Below, piece by piece: positions 28,046 through 42,425 of a stretch of DNA of 64,000 nucleotides (position 1 is the stretch's first letter; each line of letters begins with the position of its first letter). A program made the translations under genes and the position numbers. The stretch is from Octopus vulgaris (Eukaryota). The stretch is from contig OX597832.1 of assembly GCA_951406725.2 (NCBI GenBank), forward strand, positions 37,820,001-37,884,000, given 5' to 3'. A model generated the notes under the pieces. That model was given only the letters and a program-made list of their open reading frames with translations. It was not told the origin of the DNA and did not search any database.

Positions 28046-28938
28046 CACTCATACAAGTACCACTACCACTAACGTACATATATTTTTTACATTCACACAA
28101 ACATACATACGTGTGTGTACATATATATCATGTGGATCTGAGGCCGATCCCACTGCCCGGCATCTTGGGCAAGTGTACTGTACCTTGGTTGGCCTACATT
28201 GCACTGCAATTGGTTTAGACAGAAACTGTCTAGAAGTCCATCGGACGGATTGCATCTGAAATTCAAAGCTCCAGCCTTCTCATGCTGATTCTACCTGAGA
28301 ATTTCTCTAACGACACATGCCCCTGAGGTATACTCAGCCAGATACACGCTAATTCAATGAGCTTTGTATTTCAGTTGTTTGCAAACTGAAAACTCATACT
28401 CCGTAATTCTCACTAACATCCATATGTGATTGTCCGTATGCGCGCGTGTGCCTGTGTGTGTGTGTATGTGTGTGTGTGTGTGTACACATTCGTACGTGCA
28501 AGAATAATGATGCATCTTAAAAAATGATGAAATGAGGAAAAGAAATACGACATATTCATGAACCAAAAAATATAAACAAAAATTCATCTAAGACAATATT
28601 TGAAATCGAATAAATATTTTCGAACTTTCGATTTCTATCTTGAAAAGAAAAAGAAAAAAAAAGTCTGTAAAACTGGGCATCATTCACATCAATTTTTTTT
28701 TCTGTTCAGAATATAAAAATGGAATCAACAGTTTTTTGTGGGGGTATTTCAAAATTTATTGGACTTATTTTACATTTCTTTATTTGTTGTTTTTTTTTGG
28801 TCAGTCTATTCCACCACACGCTCATTATTATCATACACTCCCAGACGTACACAGAATTTATAATATGTAATAATAAAGCATTCATTCACAGTTAAACTGT
28901 CCAGCAAAAGGCTTCATATATGTATATATATGTATATA

Positions 28939-29016
<78 letters not shown>

Positions 29017-29060
29017 GTATATATACATACATATATACACACATACATATATATATATAC

Positions 29061-29105
<45 letters not shown>

Positions 29106-29522
29106 CATATATACACACACATATGTACATATATATATATATAGATATATATATACAATACATACGTATATGTACAGGTATTTATGATTTAATAAGATGA
29201 ATCAAAAGAGGTCAAACTTACTTTCCCTCATCTTGCCCACCTCCTTTTATTTGGGGGTGGGGACATTTATTGGTTGTTGTTGCTTGTCGTCGTTGTTTTT
29301 GTTGTTGCTGCTGTTGTTTTTGTTAATTTATTATTTTTTTTATTTATTTAGTATCTCGTTATTTCTCAAATGTTTTGAGAAGAAAATATAGAAAGAGGGT
29401 AGGGAAAGAGAAAGTGAAAGTAAAAGAGAGAGAGAGAGAGAGAATAGAAGAGATCTGCTGATGTTCTTGTCACATTTAACAGACAATGTTTTTTCTAAAA
29501 ACAAACAAATCTATGGTGTATT

Positions 29523-29568
<46 letters not shown>

Positions 29569-29968
29569 GAAATCTGGCTTAAGAATATTCAAAGCAAACT
29601 GCCACTTCTCCGAATTTCCCGCGTGCACTGCCCGATCAGGAACGAACACGTATGCACGGGGAAGCAAGAAATAGCGATGCAGAGGGCCATCATTTGGATG
29701 AATGAAAGAGACTCACCTATATGTAATAGGCACACTTTCTGTTTGCATAAATAACCAAGCGCACGCACACCCGAGCACACACACACGTAATGCACATTCT
29801 ATATATAATGACTGTATGTGTTTTGTATCTCCGTATATTCACATACATATGTATAGTGGTACATTTGATTCATTTGGCATAAGTTAAAGAAAAAAAAAAT
29901 ATTAATAGGAACAATAAAAGGTCATAAGATTTAAATATTAAGAAAATGGTTAAAAACAATAAATTGAT

Positions 29969-30039
29969 ATTTGCATAATTTATGTCATGGGAATTTGCAT
30001 AATTTATGTCGTGGGAATTTGCAAAATTTATGTCATGGG
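29969..30039. repeat. 24-bp minisatellite, 3 copies (ATTTGCATAATTTATGTCATGGGA)
   Basis: Units start at 29969, 29993 and 30017. Confidence 0.9.
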
Positions 30040-30249
30040 CTCTGATATTCGTGTAATTCATTTAAATGATACATATCTTGTATTAACGTCTCAACTAGAA
30101 GTAGACACAGAAAAGAGGTCCACCGGTGGTAAAGCCTGTGCACAGTTCAGTTACCGGCTAGAAATTGCAATCAGATCTATTTCAAATCACACGTTACAAT
30201 TTTAAAAGAGAGTAATCCAACCGTAGGTGATATTGTATTAGATACACAA

Positions 30250-30285
<36 letters not shown>

Positions 30286-30377
30286 AATAAAATAAACGGA
30301 GTGCTCACGAATAAAATGCCTTCGAAAACAGATCTGATTCATTATAAATGGCCTCTCGCTAATCAGTACACCAAAGA

Positions 30378-30432
<55 letters not shown>

Positions 30433-31674
30433 TTGTGTGTGTTTGTGTGTGAGTGTACGCCCGCCCGCGTGTGCTTGTGTTTGCCTTTCCTCTCCCAGCG
30501 CTTGACAACCAGTGCTGGATTACAACCCTTCACGTAGCGGTTCGGCAAAGGATCCCAATAGAATAATAAGTACCGGATTTTATGAAAATAAGTAGAGGTC
30601 GATTTGTTTGACTAAATTCTTCAAAGTTGTTCTCCTGCGTGACTGGCTGCAGACCAATAATTGAATCGAAGAAAAGAATAAAAAGAGTACACACACACAC
30701 ACGCACACATATATGTATATAGACACACGCGTACATATAGAAAGAGAGGTATATTGTTCCTTGTACTAAAGTGACCGACATCTAAATTTGATATAATTTA
30801 TAATAATGGCTTCGAGATGTGTATGTATTCCATGTGTGTGGGTGTGCGTATGCGTATGCGTATGTATAAATGGGACGAAAATACTTGGAATAATTAATAT
30901 TTTTGTGTTTGTATGGCAAACTTGTTAGTTGGCCGCTAGCAATATACATCAAATAACAATACATTAATATATTTGTATCATCTTGCGCCTGCGCATAAAC
31001 AAGGACTTCTTGCCTTTTCTTTCTTTCTTTTTTTTCTTTTTTGACTTAACAAAAGAAATCAATTTTCTTAAACTTGATGTAATTAATTAGATAGGATAAT
31101 TTCCTTTCAGCAGACTCCACTCCAATCTTGTTGCTTTCCAAGAACGTGCTTAGGTGATCCATTTGACTAATTTTATATGACTTACGACTACTCGGAGTAG
31201 TGATTATTCATTTTTGCCTTGTCCAATGCATTTTCAGAAGTTCGTTCTAAGCACCCATGTTTATTTTCAGTCTTTAAGTGAGCCCCTTTTTTGTATACAT
31301 TCCTTTCATGAAGACCAAGTTATTCTGCTGATTAAAAAGATTGTGAATGTGCATCATACCTATTCTTTCAGTTAACCTTGGTTTCATATCTTGTGAGTAA
31401 TACGAAGCCTTTCTTTCGTAAGTCCCAAGATACCCTGCTTGTTGAAAGAAAACTGGGATATGTAATATAGCGTGTGTATTACATGTGATGCACTGGAAAG
31501 GCAATGGGTTAGACATTTCCAGCAGAGTATTAAAATCTGGAATGCATTTAGTCCAACCATGTTGCAATAAAAGATTTTTTTTTCATGTACCTTCAGATCA
31601 TTTTCCTCTTCCTCGCTACGAATTTCCTTATATTTGTTAACATTTTGCAGGAACATGTTTTCGAGATTGTTGAT

Positions 31675-32017
31675 CAGAAGTTCCCAACCCTTTTTTTTTT
31701 TTTATCTACGGACCCCTTTGATTATTATATTATTCTGGTGGACCCCCATAGCCATTCGATGCTTAAAAGCTAGTTTTATACAAACTTCTTTCAACATCAC
31801 TATTTTGTTTTTTACATATTAACTTGTGTCGGTTGAACTAAGTAAAATATTTGAGAAAGAAATCTAGCCGTTTCTTGCAATACATAATTATAGATACGTA
31901 CATCTAAAGCAAAATTTTTTTTCAGGGGCCCTTAAAATGATATTGTAGATAATTTACTATTTTGTTGTGTGCCCCATACCCAAATAATATTATATGGACC
32001 CCGACTGAAAATCCCTG
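31675..32017. mobile_element. hAT MITE of the same family as 22130-22505, opposite orientation, more decayed
   Basis: Ends CAGAAGTTCCCAACC / GACTGAAAATCCCTG; internal gagaaagaaatctagccgtttcttgc is the reverse complement of gcaagaaacagctaggtttctttctc in the 22130 copy; TSD only 5/8. Confidence 0.7.
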
Positions 32018-32243
32018 GTGTAAATTATGAACTTGGTAACAAAGTTTTATCAACGAGATTATAATGCACACCTTCAAAAAAGTGTCACTGCAAAATTTCA
32101 CAAAAAAAATAAAGAAAAAACATTTTTCAGAGTCATGTAGAAATTCGGATGTCACTATTGCACACTTATATGTATATACACATGATTATATATATGTATG
32201 CATGTACATATATATATACATATATCTATATACATATATATAA

Positions 32244-32291
<48 letters not shown>

Positions 32292-32499
32292 TACACACAT
32301 ATATATATATCATATATATATATAGATATATATACATATATATATACATATATACATATATATATATATACATATATACATACATATATATATATCATAT
32401 ATATATATATAAGATATATATACACACATATATATATATCATATATATATATAGATATATATACACATATATACATACATATATATATACATATATACA

Positions 32500-32559
<60 letters not shown>

Positions 32560-32574
32560 CATACATATATATAT

Positions 32575-32630
<56 letters not shown>

Positions 32631-33054
32631 TCACGTATGCATAAGTATATATGTATGTGTATATGAAGGCGCAACATTATTGACATCTAAATTTAGATAA
32701 ATCTCTTTGCCACTGTAATTTTCAATCAGAGTATTATAATTATTATCTCGAAATAGAATATAGCAAGATAAAGAGAGATCATTACACAGATGTGAGAGAG
32801 TGGTTGTGTTGGAATATAGAGCAAATACCATTATCAGCAGCATCTTTGAAATTAACGTGAATGAATTATTTAGGAACAGCAATTTGAAAAAAAAAAAAAA
32901 ATCCTAATTAAAAATATAAAATATATAATTACATCAATATCAACTCTTTTAGATTTTTAACGATGACAAATTACACAAACACAACAGCAGCACCAACAAG
33001 AATATCAGGTAATGAAGAACAGAAAAATAAAATAAACATATATATATGTATATT

Positions 33055-33099
<45 letters not shown>

Positions 33100-33157
33100 T
33101 ATATATATATGTACATATATATATATATATGTAAATATAGATATATATGTATATATA

Positions 33158-33206
<49 letters not shown>

Positions 33207-33395
33207 GCACATACATACACATATGTATATTTGCATCATAAATATATATCTATATAAATATATATATGTGTGTGTGTGAATGAATGAATATATATATATG
33301 TATATACATGCGTATATACGTATATATATATATGTATATGTAAATATGCATATATATATATATAAAACAGAAAGAAGGAGACAAACGGAGAAGTA

Positions 33396-33988
33396 CTATG
33401 TATAGCTGACGAGCACAGAAGTAGGGTGAATTGGGATATGTCCAAGCTTGCTCACCGGGGAATGTTCATTGCTAGGTGGTGTTGGCATCCCAGCACTTGT
33501 CTGACATACATACCACTCGCTCAAGTTTGTATGATGATTGGGGGGTAGCGTTGGATTGGGAGCCAGTGGTAAGGAGGGAGGACTGCTCTGTGGTATTACT
33601 ACGGCTTGTTGTTGTTGTTGATGATGATGTTGTTGTTGTTGTTGTTGGTGTTGGTGTTGGTGATGTTGTTGTTGTTGTTGTGGTGGTTGTGGTTGTTGTT
33701 GTTGTGTCGGGGTATGGTTCTGAACAGCCGGTGACGCTGAGTTTGAATCACTGCTCGGACTGTTACTTATCGACTCCTCGTATGAACCGCCGTGGGGCGG
33801 CGAACATTTGCCGTGAACTTTCATGTGTTTCCGCAAAGAACTGGGGTGTGTATAACTTTTGTCACAACCGCGAACTTTACAGTTGTAAGGTTTGTCACTT
33901 GTATGAACATGTGAATGTTTCTTCCGATCGGAACTATTGGCAAATCTGCGATCACAACCATCGAATTCACACTTGAAAGGTTTTTCTC
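33396..33988 (-). CDS. Zic: Zic / odd-paired family C2H2 zinc-finger transcription factor, terminal coding exon (ZF4, ZF5 and C-terminal region)
   Basis: (G)[58 protein letters not shown] is the diagnostic Zic ZF4-ZF5; C-terminal NLSEWYV and [11 protein letters not shown]; acceptor ttttattttcag ends at 33989 with a phase-1 split of Gly, the conserved Zic intron position; TAG at 33396-33398. Confidence 0.97.
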
Positions 33989-34199
33989 CTGAAAATAAAA
34001 TAAAAGGAAATAGAATAAATAACAGTTCAATAAAAGGAGTCAAAATAACAGACATTTAAAAAGAAATAATGTAATGCGAATTAAATAAATGTCAACCTCC
34101 TAAATAAATATCTTGTTTTTGAGAAAAACACAAAACAAAATAAAAAATACAAAACTAGCACAAAGATATATATCTCTTTTGTCTGTTTTACTTGTTTAA

Positions 34200-34820
34200 G
34201 TCATCAAACTGGCCATGCTGGAGCACCGCCTTGAAATCTTTAGTGGGATGAACTGACCACAGTATTTTTTTAAATATATTTTTAGAACCCAGTACTTATT
34301 CTATCGGTCTTTTTGCCGAACTACTAAGTCACAAAAACATAAACACACCAATACCGGCTGTCAAGAGATGGTAGGGGACAAACAGACAGAAAAGCATACA
34401 CACACACATGACGAGTTCCTTACAGTTTTTTTTATATTTCTTTATTGCCCACAAGGGGCTAAACACAGAGAGGACAAACAAGGACAGACAAACGGATTAA
34501 GTCGATCATATCGACCCAAGTACGTAACTGGTACTTAATTTATCGACCCCGAAAGGATAAAAGGCCAAGTCGACCTCGGCGGTATTTGAACTCAGAACGT
34601 ATCGGCAGACGAAATACGGCTACGCATTTCGCTCGCCGTGCTAACGATTCTGCCAGCTCAAAGCCTTAAAAGCTCCTTATAGTTTCTGTTTACCAAATCC
34701 ACTCATAATGCTTTGCTTAGCGCCAGGCTATAATAGAGAACACTTGCCCAAGGCGCCACGCAGTGGGATTGATACTGGAACCATGTGAATGGGAAGCAAA
34801 CTGCTTACTATACAACCTCA
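34200..34820 (-). mobile_element. SINE family B copy interrupted by a family A SINE (~34435-34665)
   Basis: Family B tail at 34200-34428 and head at 34671-34820 are separated by a full family A copy; duplicated site AGTTCCTTACAGTTT (34414-34428) / AGCTCCTTATAGTTT (34671-34685). Confidence 0.8.
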
Positions 34821-35994
34821 ATTGTTAAGATTATACGGAAGGTGAAATGTCAGTGTTTATATGGAAGCATCTTAAGTAAAACACAGGTAAGAAATTCATT
34901 TTGCCATCTTGAGGTCCCGAGAGAGCATAATAAGCAATTATCTTCCAGATTGTTTCGGGCTGAACCAAATCTTGTGAAAAGAATTGGGCAGACGTTAAAA
35001 AAAAAAAAAAACTATGGAAAACATAACCAGCCATGCCACATCCTTTGAAACTTTACTTCTGTCCGAGAATTAATATTATTTAAAAGAACAAATATATTTT
35101 GAATGCCCAGTATTGCACGCTAACATTGAATATTTACAAGGATCAGGTACTTTTTGGTTGACTGAACGACTGGAATTCTCAACTTCGAAACCGACGGAGA
35201 GCCGTCAACTATTTCTTGTGGGTGCGATCACCATGTTTATCATCACATCTTAAATTTGCTTTTTATATTTGAATGTAATTACCACGTACACGCACACACA
35301 CACACACACACACAAACTAAGACGGCACAAAAGTGAAAATATAGCGAAAATCCATTCTAGATAAAGTAATTTGGAATGCTATATTTTGAATAGGTGTGAA
35401 CTATTAATTGTGAATGTCGACAAGACTTGTCGCCAATATTTCCTAAATAAGGTCAAATGTCAAGGATTTTAATTTAGAAAGGAAACGAAAGAGAGAGTGA
35501 AAGACAAAAAGGGAGAGAGAGGTGGAAAATAGAAAGAAAGAAAAAGAGCAAGCTTTGCCGCCATTGCTACAGTATGGAATGTAAGAAGACGACTTTCTGT
35601 CTCTTTGTCTCTTTTTGTTTCTGTCTCTTTTTGTTTTGAAAATATTTTTACTAGTTGACCGCTGGGTCTGGCCGGGGTGGTATGATTTGTCAGGTGTGGT
35701 GTAAGCACTCTGGGGACAATCAGAGTAAAGAATTCAGTGGCAGCAGATAGACGGATCTGAATAAAATCTGTCAATTTAGTGATGTTTTCAGCCAAGCCTG
35801 ACATTTTTTTTTTTTTTTGCTTTTCAAAAGCTTCTGTGGGCGATTGACTTGCTAGAAATAGTTGCACAAATTTTGTAAACACAGCCTACTGATTTGAAAA
35901 GGGAGAAAGGCGCATCTTAGATACTACTACTACTACTACTGCTGCTGCTACTACTACTACTACTACTACTACTACTAATAATAATAATAATAAT

Positions 35995-36245
35995 GTGCCT
36001 GGTGTACCTTTATCAGGTGGGTAGTCGATGGGTATACTGGGCTTCGTATATTTGTACCCCAGTGTCACTTTGATGGCATGCACTGCTCTCTCACTCAATA
36101 ATAATAATAATAATAAATTCCCTGATGCAGTACTATGCAGTGGCTCTCAGGGTTTCTGATCTTAGCTGAGTGGAATTGGTATCGTGTACATTGTTTTGTC
36201 TTGGTATAAAAGATGGGCTACAGCAAATATTCTGCTCAATACCTT
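35995..36245 (+). repeat. Non-LTR retrotransposon-like 3' fragment with (AAT)n tail, plus adjacent repeat-like sequence
   Basis: 35995-36115 matches 7150-7300. Confidence 0.6.
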
Positions 36246-36609
36246 GGACTGTGTCAATACACTATATTCTTCGTTCGTATGTTTGCTCGTTGATATAGGA
36301 TAATCTATTATCATTATGGTTAGGTTACAACCCGGGCCGCAGCAACAAAGTTCCCCGGCCACACCTCTCGGTCCAACATCACTGCGTCGAGTCCAGATCT
36401 GTGCCTGCGACCAAGTTGTTGATGTAAGTGTGATGACGTTTGCCTCATCTTACATAAACATGAGGCAGGTTCCACAAGACCAATTTAGGATGTTTCCACT
36501 TCTGAAAGCATCCAAATTATGATAACCAACATTTGAGGAAGAGTTGGCCGATGTTTCTTACAATTCTAAACAAACATGAAGAAACTCCCTGTTATTTGTT
36601 AAATGAGAG

Positions 36610-36800
36610 AAGACGGCAAAATAGCGCCGAGCAAAATGTTTAACGGTATTTCCTCCAGATGTTTACGTTCTGAGTTCAAATGCTGCCGAGGTCGACTTTA
36701 CCGTCCGTCCTTCCGAGGTCAGTAAATTGAGTACCAGTTATGCGCTAGGAACAATGTAATCGATATCCCCTCTCCTTAAGATTTCTGGCTTGTGCCAAAA
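36610..36800 (+). mobile_element. SINE family A copy, degenerate
   Basis: tttacgttctgagttcaaatgctgccgaggtcgactttacc...ccttccgaggtcagtaaattgagtaccag. Confidence 0.8.
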
Positions 36801-37342
36801 TTAGCATTATGAAAGAAGGAGAAAGAGAGGGAGAGAGAAAAATAGTGAAGGAAAGACAGGGAAATAGAGAGTTCTTATATATTATCTAATAAATGGATTG
36901 GTCGTGGCTAGAATGCCATTGATCAATAGTTCTTCTGAATAACAATAGTAAGCGTTACATTAGCTAAAATCACAGAAAAGCCATGAATGCCAGTCTAACA
37001 CCACCACAGGCTCCTGACACGGACCAGGCTCCCGGTTATCCACCACCACCACCACCATGTTTTCTTCTTTCTTTTCTTTTACTTAAGCTTTTGTTTCTTT
37101 GCTACAGGAATTATTAATGTTCAAATTGAACATGAACCACCTCACTCTCGACAGTCTGGGACGGTGCGTAAACGTTTCGGGCACTGCTCCTCGGAGCTTA
37201 ACTTATAATGACTATATAACTGAAGAAATAGACAGAATATTATATAAATATAAGTGAAGTGAAGAAGAAAGAATTATGAGAACGAAAGAGGGTCTGGGAA
37301 AACAAAAGAGCAAGGAAGGATTTACTAGAGTGTCATACTGTT

Positions 37343-37500
37343 AGAGGAGGAGGAGGAGAAGAAGAAGAAGAAGAAGAAGAAGCAGGAGAAGAAGAAGAAG
37401 GAGAAGAAGAAGAAGGAGGAGGAGGAGAAGAAGAAGTAGGAGAAGAAGAAGAAGAATGAAGAAGAAGAAGAAGAAGAAGAAGAAGAAGAAGAAGAAGAAG
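37343..37500. repeat. (GAA/GAG)n homopurine microsatellite
   Basis: About 160 bp of nearly pure purine triplets; similar tracts near 48305-48360 and 51605-51725. Confidence 0.95.
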
Positions 37501-38323
37501 GGAATTAAAAAGAGTAACATTAAAGAAAGGTCAAAAGAAAAAGAGGAAATAATGAAATAATGGATGAAGTGATGAAAGGAAAAAAATTAGAAAATAACGC
37601 AAAGGAAAGAAAAAAAGGTAAAAAGAATGAGTGTAACTGACAAAAAAAAACTAAACGACAAAAGAAGATAAAAAAAAAAGAAAGCCAACAAAAAGGAAGA
37701 AAATGTATAAAAATGGAGAAGACATTAAAATAAACAACAACAACAATAATATGAATACAGATAAAGGTAATGAAGAAAAGGAGGAGGGGGAGGAGGAAAA
37801 TGAGAAAGTGATGTAAGGAGAGGTGTTGGATGCATCCTGGGAAATCTAGCTATTCACAACAGACCTGAACAAGATGTAACAACTGACTACAATATGGCTG
37901 CAGACATGATGGCTTCGGTGATCTGTTCGGCATTGTTGTTTGAAACTAGCAGGATGGAGAATTTACGTAAACACAGGGGGAAACATTATAGTAACACAAC
38001 ATAGACACGTGTGATTACTCTGCGTGTGTGTGTGTGTGTATTTATATATATATTTGATTTCTATAAACACACACACACACACATATATATATATATGTAT
38101 ATATGTATATACATATATATGTGTATTTGATTTGTATTTGTACGTGTGTGTGTGTGAGAGAGAGAGAGAGTACAAGCATGTAATTTGAACATTAAATCAC
38201 ACACATGCACACATGTACACCCATGTATGTATATAAATCTGAATATATTTAAATATTATACATAAGCTCATATGTAATCATATAAAGGCAACATGTATAC
38301 ATACATATATATATACACACATA

Positions 38324-38389
<66 letters not shown>

Positions 38390-39107
38390 TATGTTATATA
38401 TATATGTTATATATACACACGCACATGCGTATGTATTGGGGAGGTTGTAAAGATAATTAAATTTAATAAAATGGGAAGCACTTAGAATAGAAACCGATTG
38501 TTTTCTCGTAATCAATGGATTTAAACAAAGTTAGATTAACGAAATAGCGTTCAATTTGAATCTAAACACCTCTAACAGCCACCCAAACACACCCAACATT
38601 CATCTGAACACCACCACCCACCACCACCACTAACAGCAGCCACAACAACAACGACAACAACAACATCATCAGCTGCAAATAAAAATTAGAGAGAATTTCG
38701 TGCAGAATTAGAGAAATGAAATTAGCAATGAGAATCATTGTTAACATATTCTTCTTCTGTTTGTTGTTGTTATTGTTGTTGTTGTTGTTGCTTATGATGA
38801 TGACTTAATTGTATCTCTTTCCCCTACCTTTAAAATTGAATTAATATTTTTTTTTTAATATTTTTATTTCTGGTATTTTTTTTCTTTCTTCTTCTCTCTC
38901 CAGATTCCGTTAGTTAATTAACGAGAACATATTTCTATCTTTGTCGCAACTCAAATACCGTCATCAACATCATTATCATCATTATCTTTGTCGCCGTCGT
39001 CATCATCATCATCATTACCATCATGATCTATATTAACAAAACCACCACCGTGTCAATGGTGTACGTGTACAAGCATACACACACACGCATATATGAATCA
39101 GTACAAG

Positions 39108-39146
<39 letters not shown>

Positions 39147-39243
39147 TTATGTGTGCGCATTTGTATGTATATATGGGTGTATGTGCGTTTGTATTCATAT
39201 GACAGTAGTGATGTTTATATATATACACACGTGCGTTTGCATG

Positions 39244-39275
<32 letters not shown>

Positions 39276-39446
39276 CAAACGCACGTGTGTATATATATAA
39301 ACATAACCACTGCCATCTGAATCTTCATTATCATCATCATCATCACATTCACCTATCAGGGTTTTTCCTAAATTACCTTCATTTTCTCCGAAGAGTTACA
39401 CATATTATTGTTGTTGCTGTTGTTATATTACTACTTCTACTAAGAT

Positions 39447-39480
<34 letters not shown>

Positions 39481-41365
39481 GTGTGGAAGGATTTTTCTTC
39501 ATGCCCTAACACATAGCCGTGATCCATATTGGGTTCAGCAATCCCATATAGCACGGCAAAGGTATCATCCTCCACCTCATCATCATCATCATCATCATCA
39601 CAATTGCATTCTTTCCCCCCACCCCAATACGACCGCTTCCTCATTATCACAACTATCATTAAACACCACCACCATTGTCACGACGACGACGACGACGACC
39701 CTCACCCCCTCCCCCACCACCACCATCGCTATCATGTCGTATGATTTCTTCACGTTTTCTTGGTTGCCTGAATTTGGAGTTTGGCGCTTTTCCTTATTGT
39801 TGTTGCTTTTGTTTGTTATCGTTTATTATAACTGATGTTGTTGTTGTTGTTGTTGTTGTTGCTGTTTTAGTCATAGAAATCTGCTCAAGTCTCGTGTTAA
39901 ATGAACAATCCTGTCGCGTGTTAGTTAAGAGACGTTTCGGTGATGACGATAACAATAACAGCAATAATACGAATAATAATGATGATGACGATGATGATGA
40001 TGATGATGATGATAATAATAACAAATAAATCATATCTTTTACATTGAAGTGTATAAATGTTTGTGTAGCTGTTTTATTAATTGAATCACAACTTCGTGTT
40101 TTGTGTGTGTGTGTGTGTGTGTGTGAAGGAGAGAGAGAGAGAGAGAGAATCATGTTTTGTTACACAGATACTCACACATACAAGAGTATCTGTACATTCA
40201 GGTATATAATATATATATATATATATATATACACACACCCACGAATACCGTTGCATTCAAATATACGTATACTTGCATGCATATATATATATATATATAT
40301 ATATGCATGTATAGACGCACTACACATAATCTCACATACATAAATGTTTAAACAAATTCTCAAATACTTATAGGTAAAACATGAGGACGATGATACGTGT
40401 ACGTTTGTGTGTGTGTATGTGTGTGTGAATATATACCTAGAGTTTTCGATGACGTGGGACACATAAGTATAATGAACCCTTTCCTTAGGCGCACTTACGT
40501 CACGAATGAAGTGGGCCAGTCATAAAGGAAAGGGTAAATATTCGTTTTAAACAATATACATATCAACGTCTTCTATTAACTGTTGGTCCAAGGAAGTGCA
40601 TAGTAAATGCTCTCGAGCAAACTGAGTCCTCAACTTGTTCCATTTACCAAAAGATCTGCAAGGCACTAGCAGACCCTAAGAGACACATTTGTGTTCGTTG
40701 GACATGAATACTGTTTTAATTTTACTGAACCGTCATTTATCGTTCACGACAAGAGAATCTATCACACACACACACAGTGCAAAAATGTTATAAATTATTT
40801 CTTTCTATTGGCTGTTGCTTCAAATGAGAGGTAAACATTTACTTAAGAGTATAATTTAGAATGGTGTCTTGTAATGTCTTGCTTTAAACATGAGATTACA
40901 ATGATTTGTTTTGTGCAGAATCTAATGCTGAAAAACGTAGCCCGTCGTAGATTAAACATTGTCGTATATGATTTTAGACTTAGAGCTGCAAAGACATCGT
41001 AAAAGTAACCAAATATTTATCAGGAAATAGGGAAATGGGGGAAATCCCCATAATCATAAGGAATTGTGAATGATTAAAATAATATCCAGAAAATACCAAT
41101 GATATAGGCCCTGCACATATATTTTGGCACAAGGCCAGCAGTTTCGGGGCAGGGAATAAGGTGAATACACCAGCCTCAATGCTTAAATGGTATTTATTTT
41201 ATGAATCCTGAAAGAATGAAAGCGGACGAAATATCCGTAAGCATCTTGTCCGGCATGCTAATGATTCTGCCAGCTGGCTGCCAATCACTGCACATATATT
41301 ACATGATGTATCTCACTCAGCACACAGAAAGCGGCGCAACTAGGCGCTACACACATTATTTAGAG

Positions 41366-41566
41366 CAGTGGTTTTCAACCAGGGTTCCGCCAGTACAATG
41401 CAGGGGTTCCGCAAGAAGTTACAAAACTGCTAAAATCAGCAGTAATTTTTAATTCTCCTGTGCAGATATGTGTGCATAAGACTATTAAATTATTGCACAG
41501 GGGTTCCTCGAGCCAGTGGAATGTTTCCTTGGGGTTCCGCTCCAGCAAAAATGCTGAAAAGCACTG
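41366..41566. mobile_element. hAT (Charlie-like) MITE, 201 bp
   Basis: TIRs CAGTGGTTTTCAAC / GCTGAAAAGCACTG; perfect 8-bp TSD ATTTAGAG at 41358-41365 and 41567-41574; repeated subterminal GGGTTCC motifs. Confidence 0.95.
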
Positions 41567-42141
41567 ATTTAGAGTACCAGAGTACCTAAACACATATACA
41601 GCACACACACACATAGTATACAGACTGCACTAACAGAATCCACGGCAGCAGCCAGGCGAATATCATCTGGTAGGTTGCACCAGGCTTTCACTAATTGTTT
41701 TAGGTGCCTATGTTGTCACGAATAGAGACATTCTTTGGCCCCTCCGACTCTTGACAAAGCGTACGTCTCGGATGTGGGAGACGTAGGGAAAGAGGGCTGC
41801 ACTAACATTCTGCTGTTACATTCAGCTCATTAGACGGGAGCAGCGTGAAATGAAGCGCCTTGCTAAAGAACACGTTTGTGTCACTCAGTCCAGGTGCCAC
41901 AAATAAGATCTTTGGATCGTCATCGTCAGCCTGGTATTCTAACACGAGGTTACGCTCATTTACGAACAGTTACTGCAGATATATTATATACACGTCTTTT
42001 ACATAACTTGCAGAAAATAGAACTACCACGAACTATATATTTATGTTGAAGGGAAAAAAGAAAAGCACTGTACGTCTCCAGACACAGAGCTGCCCTTAGT
42101 TGTGCAGTAAAAGCATGCACTAACGAAATTATGACTAATGA

Positions 42142-42182
<41 letters not shown>

Positions 42183-42211
42183 TAATAATGATAATAATAA
42201 TAATAATAATG

Positions 42212-42425
42212 ATTTCAAATTTTGGCACAAGGCCAGTAATTTCAGGGGAGGAGGTAAGTCGATTACATCGACTCCAGTGATCAATTCGGTACTTATTTTA
42301 TCGATTCCAAAAGGATGAAAGCAAAGTCAGCTCCAACGGAATTAGAACTCAGAACGTAAAGACAGACGAAATGCCGCTAAGCATTTTTCCTTGCGTGCAA
42401 ATGATTCTGCCACCTCCGCACCTTA
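42212..42425 (-). mobile_element. SINE family A copy with long (ATT)n tail
   Basis: tttcaaattttggcacaaggcc...aaaggatgaaagc...gaactcagaacgtaaagacagacgaaatgccgctaagc. Confidence 0.85.

Noticed and set aside
29616-29663. Hairpin TTCCCGCGTGCA...TGCACGGGGAA as a pre-miRNA
   Set aside because: The stem is only about 11 bp with a 25-nt loop, too short for a Drosha/Dicer substrate, and I recognise no mature miRNA
33989-34055. N-terminal extension [22 protein letters not shown] of the 219-aa ORF
   Set aside because: It is the polypyrimidine tract and acceptor of the intron; Zic homology begins exactly at the splice site
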